A stretch of 64,000 bases of DNA from NCBI GenBank assembly GCA_963729625.1, contig CAVSOU010000010.1:768001-832000 (forward strand), read 5' to 3'. Made by a program: the position numbers and the translations under genes. Below the pieces are notes generated by a model that was not told the origin of the DNA, made no database searches, and was given only the letters and a program-made list of their open reading frames with translations. This DNA comes from an uncultured bacterium (GTDB taxonomy: Bacteria; Chloroflexota; UBA5177; JANWHV01). Positions 37,725 through 47,258 of the stretch are shown one piece after another; the stretch's first letter is position 1, and each line of letters starts with the position of its first letter.

Positions 37725-39203
37725 GTGGTAGATACCGCGGTAGTCCTGGTCACCGGCGCCACGGGATATATCGGTGGCCGCCTCGTCCCTCGCTTGCTGG
37801 CGGACGGCCATAGCGTGCGCGTCCTCGTGCGCGACCACGATCGCTTGCAGGGCCGTGCCTGGCGCAGGCGGGTGGAGGTTGCCCAGGGCGATGTGCTCGA
37901 CCCTACCACGCTGCCGCGGGCACTTGCTGGTGTGCATACCGCGTACTACCTGATCCACAGCATGCTGGGTGGCGAGGATTTCCATGTGCGAGACCTAGCC
38001 GCCGCACGCAACTTCGGACGTGCTGCCCGGGCCGCGGGGGTCCACCAGATCATCTATCTCGGTGGTCTAGGAGATCCCGATGCCGATCTCTCCGCGCACT
38101 TGCGCTCCCGCCAACAGGTTGGTGATGCCCTGCGAGAGAGCGAGGTCCTCATCACAGAGTTTCGAGCCGCCGTTATCGTCGGTTCTGAGAGCGTGTCGTT
38201 CCAGATGGTCCGCACCCTCACCGACCGACTGCCGATCATGATCTGTCCTCGCTGGGTGTTCAGCCGCGTGCAGCCCATCGCCATCGACGATGTGCTGCGC
38301 TACCTGACGGCCGCGCTGGACACGCCCGAGAGCGCCGGCCGCGTGCTCGAGATCGGCGGGTCTGACGTTCTGACGTACGGGGAGATGATGCTGGCCTACG
38401 CGCGTGTCCGTGGACTGCGCCGAGTGCTCATTGCCGTGCCGTTCTTGACCCCGCGTCTCTCCTCCTACTGGGTGCATTGGGTCACGCCGATTCCGGCCGC
38501 CATCGCGCGTCCGCTTATCGAGGGGCTGCGCAACGAAGTGATCGTGCGAGATGACAGCGCGCGCACCCTTTTCCCTCAGATCCAGCCCATGGGCTATCGC
38601 GCGGCCGTGAAGCTCGCCTGCGCTCAGACCGTGGCCGATGAGGTGGAGACAACCTGGAGCGATGCGCTGGCCTCCAGCCGGCGAGGCGAATCCCCCGCGA
38701 CGCTCAATACAGACGCCCGCATGTTCAGCGACCGCCGAGAGCTAGTTGTGCACGTGCCTCCCAGCCTCGTATGGCGGGAGTTCACGCGGCTTGGTGGTGC
38801 ACACGGTTGGCTCTACGCCAATCGACTGTGGCAACTGCGGGGCATGCTGGACCGCGCAGTGGGCGGCGTGGGCTTGCGCCGCGGCCGTCGCCATCCGGAC
38901 AAGGTCTACGTGGGCGATGCCATCGATTTCTGGCGCGTGGAGGCAATGGAACCGGACCACTTGCTCCGCCTGCGGGCGGAGATGAAGGTGCCAGGGAAGG
39001 CATGGCTGCAGTTCGAGGTCACGCCCCGCGGCAGAGAGGAGTCGGTGTTGAGGCAGACGGCCCTCTTCGCTCCAACGGGTCTGCCTGGACTGCTGTACTG
39101 GTACGTGCTGTATCCCATTCACGTGCGAATCTTCAGCGGCATGGCTCATGCGCTGGCGCGACGCGCCGAGGCAGCGGCACTGAGCCGACAAGCGGTTCTG
39201 TAG
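37725..39203 (+). CDS. SDR-family NAD(P)-binding oxidoreductase with DUF2867 domain (YbjT-like)
   Basis: VTGATGYIGGRL, AYYLIHSM, HLRSR, QPIAIDDV, GDAIDFWRV, AEMKVPGKAWL; AGGAGG RBS. Confidence 0.9.
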   Translation: MVDTAVVLVTGATGYIGGRLVPRLLADGHSVRVLVRDHDRLQGRAWRRRVEVAQGDVLDPTTLPRALAGVHTAYYLIHSMLGGEDFHVRDLAAARNFGRAARAAGVHQIIYLGGLGDPDADLSAHLRSRQQVGDALRESEVLITEFRAAVIVGSESVSFQMVRTLTDRLPIMICPRWVFSRVQPIAIDDVLRYLTAALDTPESAGRVLEIGGSDVLTYGEMMLAYARVRGLRRVLIAVPFLTPRLSSYWVHWVTPIPAAIARPLIEGLRNEVIVRDDSARTLFPQIQPMGYRAAVKLACAQTVADEVETTWSDALASSRRGESPATLNTDARMFSDRRELVVHVPPSLVWREFTRLGGAHGWLYANRLWQLRGMLDRAVGGVGLRRGRRHPDKVYVGDAIDFWRVEAMEPDHLLRLRAEMKVPGKAWLQFEVTPRGREESVLRQTALFAPTGLPGLLYWYVLYPIHVRIFSGMAHALARRAEAAALSRQAVL

Positions 39204-39314
39204 TAACCGCCCCCGTGGCGCCGCGGGGATTTGGGCGCACGTGCCTGGAGGACTTGAGCCCCGCTCCCCCTTTGGACACAGGGTCCGGTTACCGTGCTTT
39301 TGGGAGGACTGCCC

Positions 39315-40382
39315 GTGCGCATCGCGATAGTGGGGGCTGGGGTCTCTGGGCTGGTCTGCGGACGAACGCTCGCGTCTCAGGGACATCACGTGGTGGTCTT
39401 CGAGAAGAGACGTGGCGTTGGCGGGCGAGCCACGACCCGCCTACTGCACGGCTGCGTGGTCGATCACGGTGCGCAGTATCTGCGCCTGCCCGACGATCTG
39501 CCCGACCTGCGCCGCTTAGTGCTGCGAGACCTGTCCCGCGAGGGGCTCACCACCATCGATCGTCCGGTCTGGCCCTTCGATCGGCGGAACAACATTCGAC
39601 CGGCAGACACACGGCACAATGCCGAGCCCAAGTGGACCTATGCCGGTGGCCTACGCATGCTTGGCTGCGCCCTTGCCACGGGGCTGGACGTACGGCTGGG
39701 CACGCACGTGAGCCGCGTCTATCGCGTGCCCGGGGGCTATCGTCTGCTGGATCAGGCTGGCGCGGTGCTTGGTGAAGCGGAACGGGTGCTCGTGGCGATC
39801 CCTGCGCCTCAGGCAATTGACCTGCTGCAGGGCAGGCCGGGACGCACGGACCGGGTTGATGCCGCGCTCGCGCTCCTCGGGACCGCGACGTACTGGCCGA
39901 TGCTCACCTTCATACTCGGCTATCGCCGGCCGCGGGACGGCACGATCTTCGCCGGCGGAACGGCGCCTGACCCACGTCCGTATTATGCGCTCGTCAACGC
40001 CGATGGCGATCACGATCTCTCATGGCTGGCAGTCGAGAACGACAAGGGTCGCACGCGGACGCCGGACGATGTGCTGGTGCTGGTCGTGCAGATAGCTGTG
40101 CCGTTCAGTGAGCGGCACCTCGACGTACCGGCCGCCCACCTGTTGGCTAGCATGCACGGCAAGGTGCGCGCCCTCCTCGGAGTCAACCTTGGTGAGCCGC
40201 TCTGGTTCGATTTCGCGCGGTGGCGCCATGCTCGGCCCAGCCGCCTGCTTGACCTGGGGGAGCTGAACACCGCACATGACGGACTGTGCTTTGTGGGCGA
40301 CTATGCAGCGGGCTGGCGCCTGCATCTGGCACTGCAAGCCGGGCTCAATGTAGCGCCGCTCGTTGTCGGCCACCCCACCTGA
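39315..40382 (+). CDS. Renalase-like FAD-dependent oxidoreductase
   Basis: IVGAGVSG, FEKRRGVGGRATTR, DHGAQY, AIPAPQA, RWRHA, GDY. Confidence 0.85.
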   Translation: MRIAIVGAGVSGLVCGRTLASQGHHVVVFEKRRGVGGRATTRLLHGCVVDHGAQYLRLPDDLPDLRRLVLRDLSREGLTTIDRPVWPFDRRNNIRPADTRHNAEPKWTYAGGLRMLGCALATGLDVRLGTHVSRVYRVPGGYRLLDQAGAVLGEAERVLVAIPAPQAIDLLQGRPGRTDRVDAALALLGTATYWPMLTFILGYRRPRDGTIFAGGTAPDPRPYYALVNADGDHDLSWLAVENDKGRTRTPDDVLVLVVQIAVPFSERHLDVPAAHLLASMHGKVRALLGVNLGEPLWFDFARWRHARPSRLLDLGELNTAHDGLCFVGDYAAGWRLHLALQAGLNVAPLVVGHPT

Positions 40383-40519
40383 AGCAGATTCCCCGCAGTG
40401 GGCGTCCGCTCGCGAGGAACTTCTGCTGCCAATCTACTCTCTCCCTGCCGGCAGGGTGCGAGCGGCAGCTTCCCCGCTGGACATGGCGCCCTCAATGCTG
40501 CTACACGCAGTGATCTCGG

Positions 40520-40890
40520 AGGCCAGGAAAGTGCTGCGCAGCGCCGTGCGGTTGGCGGGAGCTTGCCACCACCACGGCCTCTGCGGCCACTTACTCACCG
40601 CCGTTCAGGCGCACGCCGAGCGCCCGATCGCCTTGGCGCAGCACGGCCTTCACAGTGGTACCTCAGCGAAGGGCTCCTTCTGGCAACGCTGCGGCCAGCT
40701 GCTCGGAAATGGCTTGCATGCCGGCGGCGGGCACCACGGTGCGGCCTTCGGTCAGCATCTTCACGGAGAATCGGCCCATTGCCGAGCTGGTCTCCAGCGT
40801 GGAGTCCAGAAAGATACCGCCGAAGAGCGGACGCAGAAAGCGCTCTACGAAGCGCGGCGAATAGTGGCGCTGTTGCACATACACCAGGCC
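40520..40890 (-). pseudogene. Decayed fragment of an FAD-dependent (amine oxidase/protoporphyrinogen oxidase-like) enzyme
   Basis: RFVERFLRPLFGGIFLDSTLETSS...VPAAGMQAISEQLA with flanking stops and frameshifts; ends approximate. Confidence 0.65.
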
Positions 40891-40968
40891 GGCCCGACCG
40901 GCGGATGATCGTCGGGCACGTTGGCACCCGACGAGCAGTCGATCCAATACGCCCGTGCTGACGCGGCT

Positions 40969-43794
40969 CTACCGCAGGACAGCAGCCTGCCGGTGACCAT
41001 TGGACTTCTCCTTCGACATGCCCTCTGCTCGCGCGGCGCGCACCGCACGAAGCCACCCTGCCATCTCGGGCGCGGGCGCCGGACGGGCCAGAAAGTAGCC
41101 CTGGCCGAGGTCGGCGTTCATCATCGACAGCAGAGCCCAGGCCTCGCGCGTTTCCACGCCTTCCGTCACCACCTTCATGCCCAGGGAGTGGCCGAGACCG
41201 ATGGTCGAGGCCACGATGGTCTGGTTGGCGCTGCCGCTCGCCAGGTGCTGCACGAACGATCGGTCGATTTTGAGCTCGTGGACCGGAAGCTGGGAGAGAT
41301 AGGCCAGCGACGAGTAGCCTGTGCCGAAGTCGTCGATGGCCAGACGCACGCCGAGCCCCGCCAACTGGTCAACCACGGCCCGCGTGCCCTCGACGTCTGC
41401 CATGAGCACGCTCTCAGTCAGCTCCAGACACAGGTGATCGGGTGCAACCGCATGCCGGCGCAGAAGACTGGCCACCGTCTCGCACAGGTGTGGGTCGCGC
41501 AGATTGCGCAGCGAGAGGTTGACGGAAACCGCCACCTCGAGGCCCTCCTGCGCCCAGGTCGCCACCTGGGCCAACGCGGCGTTCAGCACCCACTCGGTAA
41601 GTGGGACGATCAACCCTGTCTGCTCCGCCAGGGGGATGAAGCGGTCGGGCGGCAGCATGCCCAGTTCGGGGTGAGGCCAGCGCACAAGGGCCTCCACCGC
41701 CACTACCTCGCCGGAGGCCACGGCGACCTCAGGCTGGAAGTGCAAGACGAGCTCATCGGCGGTGATCGCCCGCTGCAAATCGGCCAGCAAGTTCAGCCGG
41801 CTCGCATCGTGGCCATCCTGTGCTTGGTCGTAAAAGGCGAGCCCCAGGCCGCCGCGCTTGGCCAAGTACATGGCCACGTCAGCGTGCTGCAGCAGGCTCG
41901 ACTCCGTGGTTCCGTGTTCGGGGGCGACGGCGATACCCACGCTGGCCCCGATGGAGAGCCGCTGCCCATCAATGACGTAGGGCTCTTCAATGGCGGCACG
42001 CAGGTTCCTTGCGACCGCCGCGGCGCCGTCCACGCCGGCGCCGGGCAGGAGCACAGCGAACTCGTCCCCGCCTAGCCGCGCCACGGTATCGCTGCCGCGC
42101 ACACCGCTGACGAGGCGCTGGGCAACCTGGACCAGCAGTTGGTCCCCGACGTCGTGCCCCAGAGTGTCGTTGACCTCCTTGAAGCGGTCCAAGTCCAGTA
42201 GCAACAGGCCGAGCGGCTCGGAACCGCGTTGCACCTGCGGAAGCGCCTCGGCCAACCGCACGCGGAGCAGGCCGCGGTTGGGGAGACTGGTGAGAGTGTC
42301 GGTGCTGGCGAGGACCTCCAGCTGCGCATTCGCCTCGGTCAGGGCGGTATTGTTGTGGTAGAGGGCAAGCAGATCTCTGTGCAACCGCGTCAAGTTGCGC
42401 GCGAATTCCTGGTTCTCCGCCAGGGCAAAGACTTGCCGCGCCAGCACCAGGACCACCAGCACGGCGCTGCCCAGATATACGCCGAGCTGCAGGAACGGAT
42501 CAGCCGGACTCCGCCAGGCATAAATCAGCAGGGCGTACACAGCAGGCACCAGCGCATAGGGCCACAGGCTCCGCCAAAACGCGGACACTTCAACGGGCAG
42601 CGAGATGTGGGCCTCAGGCTGCGCAGACGGTTCGGCCGCGTCGGCGGCTGCCCGCCGCAGCAGCCACATCCCTAGGCCGACGATAAGGTAGCTCATCGGC
42701 CAGACTGCATCGAGCGGTCCTCCACTTGCGTAGGTCCCCTGCAGCGCTTGATACTCGGAAACGGAATCGACCGTCAGCGTGAGACCGATGCCCAGAGCCA
42801 GGATCAGGCCGCCCGTCCGCTGCCAGGGCTCGTGGGTACGCACGAGCATCAAGGACAGGCAGCAAAGCAGCACGAGATCAGCGCACGGGTAGCCGACATT
42901 CACGATCAGTGCGAGCGCATTGCTAGCCCCCTGCAGCAGCGTCGGCCCCAGGATGAAATACCAGCTGAAGGTGACGCCTGCAGTGAGGAGCATGAGGCCA
43001 TCCAGCAGGATGCGGGTGCGCACCACGCGCGAGAGGGGACGCCGTGGCAGCAGCAGGAAGCCGCAGAGGAGGATCGGGTAGCCGCTCAGATATGCCAGGT
43101 CGGCCACCGATGGTGCCGGTGCCGGCTGCTGCAGGACCTGCGCATAGATGGCCAATATGGCGTCGCCAAGTGCCCAGCAGAGGATGCCCAGGCCCACCAG
43201 AAAGGAGGACATGTTGAGCGTGTTCCTGAAGCATACTCGCTCAGTGCGACCTCCTTGACTAGCCGGAGAAGAAGACTCGCTCGGCAGGGTGGTGCCCGCT
43301 CTGCCGGTGGAGCCGAGGAGGCAGAGTGCGACCGCTGCCAGGTCGAGCACTACAGACCCAAGGTTGTCGACAGGCCCGACGAGACCATGGTTGACAGGGC
43401 GAACAAGGAGAAACCCGAACAGTGCGCCACAGGCCAGGAGGATGAAGGGCAGGGGTAGCCAAGCACCGTATGGCCTTGCTCGCAGGCAAACGACGTTGGT
43501 GCTGGTCGAGGGCAGCCCTGGGCTGTGTCGCTGCGGATTGTGCTGCCCTTCCGCCATGGGCGGTACATGGTCGCCTTCGGCGCACGCGAGCAGCGCAGCG
43601 ACTTTCTCCAGCTGGTTGGGAAAGAGATCGCCGGGCACGGCATCGCGACCGCGCGCCTGGCATACCACGTAGCGGGCGCAGACAGTGAAATCGCCGTGGC
43701 AGTACTGCGTGCGAAGCCTGTCGCTCAGGACCGGCATCTGCGCCAGCTGGCCATTAAAGAACAGGCATCCCGCGAGCTTCTCGCAGTCTGGCAT
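40969..43794 (-). CDS. Membrane diguanylate cyclase/phosphodiesterase (Cys-rich N-terminal module, multi-TM sensor, GGDEF, EAL)
   Basis: DTLTSLPNR, DLDRFKEVND, RGSD..RLGGDEF, VEALVRW, IDDFGTGYSS, EGVE, QGY. Confidence 0.93.
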   Translation of the reverse strand: MPDCEKLAGCLFFNGQLAQMPVLSDRLRTQYCHGDFTVCARYVVCQARGRDAVPGDLFPNQLEKVAALLACAEGDHVPPMAEGQHNPQRHSPGLPSTSTNVVCLRARPYGAWLPLPFILLACGALFGFLLVRPVNHGLVGPVDNLGSVVLDLAAVALCLLGSTGRAGTTLPSESSSPASQGGRTERVCFRNTLNMSSFLVGLGILCWALGDAILAIYAQVLQQPAPAPSVADLAYLSGYPILLCGFLLLPRRPLSRVVRTRILLDGLMLLTAGVTFSWYFILGPTLLQGASNALALIVNVGYPCADLVLLCCLSLMLVRTHEPWQRTGGLILALGIGLTLTVDSVSEYQALQGTYASGGPLDAVWPMSYLIVGLGMWLLRRAAADAAEPSAQPEAHISLPVEVSAFWRSLWPYALVPAVYALLIYAWRSPADPFLQLGVYLGSAVLVVLVLARQVFALAENQEFARNLTRLHRDLLALYHNNTALTEANAQLEVLASTDTLTSLPNRGLLRVRLAEALPQVQRGSEPLGLLLLDLDRFKEVNDTLGHDVGDQLLVQVAQRLVSGVRGSDTVARLGGDEFAVLLPGAGVDGAAAVARNLRAAIEEPYVIDGQRLSIGASVGIAVAPEHGTTESSLLQHADVAMYLAKRGGLGLAFYDQAQDGHDASRLNLLADLQRAITADELVLHFQPEVAVASGEVVAVEALVRWPHPELGMLPPDRFIPLAEQTGLIVPLTEWVLNAALAQVATWAQEGLEVAVSVNLSLRNLRDPHLCETVASLLRRHAVAPDHLCLELTESVLMADVEGTRAVVDQLAGLGVRLAIDDFGTGYSSLAYLSQLPVHELKIDRSFVQHLASGSANQTIVASTIGLGHSLGMKVVTEGVETREAWALLSMMNADLGQGYFLARPAPAPEMAGWLRAVRAARAEGMSKEKSNGHRQAAVLR

Positions 43795-44689
43795 CGGGTC
43801 TCTCAACTCTCAGCCCAGCATGAATGGCATGTCCGGCATTCCAGATTGGCTTTTAGCAGCATGAGCAGGAGCGACTCTGCTCGCCAACACGTGCCTATGC
43901 GCTACCGGATGACACCTACTGCTCATCTCTATCGGCACAAACAACCGGCACTTGAGGGCCAAAATACGCAGGGACTTCTCCCAATGCAGCAGAGCACCAT
44001 GAGCGAGAAGACTATAGCCCGATCATCATCGATCACCTTGTCCTGGCCCGGACTGAAGGGCTGGGGTGCCCACGTAGCGCGTTGCGCAGTGCGCGATCGC
44101 CCCAAGCACTGGCGCGCCTGCTGCAAGCAACAGCTGACGTCGCACATCGGCCACTGGTGGGGTCTTCCCGCACAGTACTGCAACTTCACAGATCGATTGC
44201 AAATCTTTAGCAGGTCATGACGTCGCGGTTATGGCACGGTAATTAGCCACCACCATGATGTCGGCAGTGCATCAGATCCGACGCACACAGGAAGCCTTCA
44301 GCTTCTCCGAGCGAAACATACCGCCGCAACCGAAGTGAGCTTTGGCGACAAGGGCTTCTTGGTCGGCAATCCTCGCCTGGCTGTGCTACGCCGATTCCCA
44401 TCTACGAGTGTTCACGTGAGGGCCACGCCGCCGATGTGCAGCGCGGCCTCACGGTCGATACCGGCTGCGCCGTCAGGCATTGCCATGTGGCACCGACAGC
44501 AGCGAACATGGTGGTGTCGCCATGGGCAGCTCACCCGCCTTTCACGACGGTCACGTGGTACTTCATGTTCTGGGCCATGATCTTGAGGCGGCAACCATGC
44601 GCGCAATCGACGTGCTCCGCGACAGCATGTACGCGCCGTAGCGCATCATCGTCTCTTGCCGCGCCTGCTCGATCAGCTCGGGCCACGCG

Positions 44690-44885
44690 GCCATCGAAGG
44701 TCCTGTCGCGAAGCGTCGGCAGCAGCGCCAGCGCGATCGCCGCCATACCCCCAACCCAGACGGCCACGGCGAGCAAGTGCAGCCAATCAAGCAGTGTCGA
44801 CGTCACCACCAGTTGGGGCACTGCCGCCGTGTGCCCCGAACAGGTGATGGCCAGCAAGTAGGCAAGGCCCAGCACCCTCGCTGTC
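44690..44885 (-). pseudogene. CopD-like copper resistance membrane protein fragment
   Basis: ITCSGHTAA..LDWLHLLAVAVWVGGMAAI within an otherwise patchwork region. Confidence 0.55.
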
Positions 44886-45203
44886 CAGACGGCAGGAGAG
44901 TCGGGCTCGCCGGCCTTTGCACCGGCACCTGCGTACGATGCGGACGGGCCGGGTCGCGATCCGGTGCCCCACGCATGCGTTGACTGGCCCGAGCCACTCA
45001 GCAGGCGAGAGGGCCAAGCCAGCAGAGCGCCGCTGAGCACGAGGAATGCCAGGATGGACAGCACCCCGCGACCTAGCCTGCCGTTCGTCAGGAACGGCAC
45101 TTGCACCGTCCTGTGGAGGGCTCTGTATTGGGCATCTCAGCTGCCTGGCAAGTGCGCGGCTCCGGCGGCCCAAGTGCACGCCATTGAGAGCCCTGGTCAC
45201 CTG

Positions 45204-45270
45204 CCTGTTGACGACCTGTTGACACCGTTGGTCAGTTTGTTTATGCGCCAGTTTATGTCCCGCCGATAAT
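45204..45270 (+). promoter_or_regulatory. kdp promoter with OmpR-type direct repeats (candidate KdpE sites)
   Basis: CCTGTTGAC twice at 11-nt period (45204, 45215), GTTTATG twice (45239, 45251), then GATAAT. Confidence 0.55.
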
Positions 45271-45307
45271 GTAGAGCTTGAATAACGGTCGTCGTGGAGA
45301 TAGATGT

Positions 45308-45409
45308 ATGGCGTTCGACCTATGGGTCATGCTGCTGACGGTCCTGTTCTTTCTGGCGGTCGTCGCCTTCGCAGTTGGCTGCGATCGATTGATGGGGACA
45401 AAACGATGA
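45308..45409 (+). CDS. 33-aa membrane peptide upstream of kdpF
   Basis: MAFDLWVMLLTVLFFLAVVAFAVGCDRLMGTKR*; GGAG RBS; ATGA overlap with kdpF. Confidence 0.7.
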   Translation: MAFDLWVMLLTVLFFLAVVAFAVGCDRLMGTKR

Positions 45410-45492
45410 TCGAGAATATCGTGCTCACCGTCATATCGCTGTTGGTGCTGGCGTACCTGTTCGTCGCGTTGCTGCGGCCGGAGGTATTCTGA
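45406..45492 (+). CDS. kdpF: K+-transporting ATPase subunit F
   Basis: MIENIVLTVISLLVLAYLFVALLRPEVF; stop overlaps the kdpA start. Confidence 0.9.
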   Translation: MIENIVLTVISLLVLAYLFVALLRPEVF

Positions 45493-47246
45493 TGCCCAAT
45501 TGGTTGACCGGAAGTGCCGTCATCCAGTGGGCGATGTACAGCGTCATCCTGCTGCTGACGGCAAAACCGCTTGGAACGTATCTCTATCGCCTGTTCACTG
45601 GTGGACGCACCTTTCTGCATCCAGCAATACGGCCGATTGAGGTCGGCATCTACCGGCTGACAGGCGTGCGCGAAGACGAGGAAATGACCTGGTACGGCTA
45701 CCTTCTGGCTTCGTTGGCCTTCAGTGTTCCCGGCCTGATCCTCACCTACGTCATCGAGCGCACCCAGCAGTGGCACGGGACCTTCTTCAATCCGCAGCAT
45801 TTTCCCAACGTGCCGGCGCTGTTGGCGTGGAACACCGCCGTAAGCTTCACCACCAATACGAACTGGCAGAACTACGGCGGTGAGTCGACGATGAGCTACC
45901 TGACCCAGATGACGGGTCTGGCCATGCACAACTTCTTCTCGGCCGCGGTCGGCATCGTCTGGGCGGTGGCCCTGGTCCGCGGGCTCGCGCGCCACACGGC
46001 GGGAGCCATCGGCTCCTTCTGGGTCGATCTTGTGCGATGTTTGCTCTATGTGCTGCTGCCCATCTGTATCTTCTACGGACTCTTTCTCGTGTGGCAGGGC
46101 GTGCCGCAAAACTTCAGTTCATACACGGTAGCCCACACGTTGGAAGGCACGGTCCAGACCATCGCTCAGGGGCCCGTCGCCTCACAGGAAGCAATCAAGG
46201 TGCTGGGCACCAATGGCGGCGGCTTCATGAATGCCAACTCCGCGCATCCATTCGAGAACCCCACCCCGCTCTCCAACTTCGTTGAGATATTGTCCATCCT
46301 GCTGATCGGGTCCGCGCTCGTGTACATGTTCGGCAAGTGGGTGGGCAATACGAAGCAGGGGTGGTCGCTCTGGGCGGCGATGTTCATCCTGTTCTCTATC
46401 GGCTACTTCACCGCGGTGATCGCCGAGCAGAAGGGCAACTCGCTCATCGCCTCGGCCGCCCATGTCGCCCTCGCCGCCACGAACAGTCCATACCAGCCCG
46501 GTGGCAACATGGAAGGCAAGGAAGTCCGCTTCGGCATCGTGGACTCCTCCCTTTTTGCCACAATCACCACCGACGCATCGTGCGGCGCCATAAACGCCTG
46601 GCACGAAAGCTTCACGCCCATCGGCGGGCTTGTCCCGCTCACCAATATCGCCACTGGCGAGGTGATTTTCGGCGGCGTGGGCGCGGGACTCTATGGCATG
46701 TTGATGTACGCCATCCTGGCCGTGTTCATCGCGGGCCTCATGGTGGGACGCACGCCAGAGTACCTGGGTAAGAAGATCGAGGCCTTCGAGATCAAGATGG
46801 CCAGCATCGCGCTGCTCATCTCGCCGGCGAACATCCTATTGTTCGCGGCAACAGCAGTGCTGGGAGCCTGGGGCACCACGTCGATACTCAACGCAGGCCC
46901 GCATGGGCTTACCGAGATCCTGTACCTGTACACGTCCAGCAACGGCAACAACGGCTCGGCCTTTGCCGGTCTGACAAGCAACACCAATTGGTACAACTGG
47001 AGCGGCGGCTTCGCCATGCTGATCGGCCGCTTCGTGTTCGTCACGCCACTGATCGCCATCGCCGGCTCGATGGCCAGGAAGAAAGTGGTGCCGGCATCGC
47101 TGGGCACCTTCCCTACCGACGGGCCGACTTTCAGCTTCCTCCTGGTGTTCGTGATCATCATCGTCGCGGCGCTGACCTACTTCCCGGCCTACTCGCTCGG
47201 GCCAATCATCGAGCAATTGCTCCTCAATGCTCACCACACGTTTTAA
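45492..47246 (+). CDS. kdpA: K+-transporting ATPase subunit A
   Basis: SFTTNTNWQNYGGE, LGTNGGG, NMEGKEVRFG, NNGSAFAG. Confidence 0.97.
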   Translation: MPNWLTGSAVIQWAMYSVILLLTAKPLGTYLYRLFTGGRTFLHPAIRPIEVGIYRLTGVREDEEMTWYGYLLASLAFSVPGLILTYVIERTQQWHGTFFNPQHFPNVPALLAWNTAVSFTTNTNWQNYGGESTMSYLTQMTGLAMHNFFSAAVGIVWAVALVRGLARHTAGAIGSFWVDLVRCLLYVLLPICIFYGLFLVWQGVPQNFSSYTVAHTLEGTVQTIAQGPVASQEAIKVLGTNGGGFMNANSAHPFENPTPLSNFVEILSILLIGSALVYMFGKWVGNTKQGWSLWAAMFILFSIGYFTAVIAEQKGNSLIASAAHVALAATNSPYQPGGNMEGKEVRFGIVDSSLFATITTDASCGAINAWHESFTPIGGLVPLTNIATGEVIFGGVGAGLYGMLMYAILAVFIAGLMVGRTPEYLGKKIEAFEIKMASIALLISPANILLFAATAVLGAWGTTSILNAGPHGLTEILYLYTSSNGNNGSAFAGLTSNTNWYNWSGGFAMLIGRFVFVTPLIAIAGSMARKKVVPASLGTFPTDGPTFSFLLVFVIIIVAALTYFPAYSLGPIIEQLLLNAHHTF

Positions 47247-47258
47247 GGAGTCACACTG

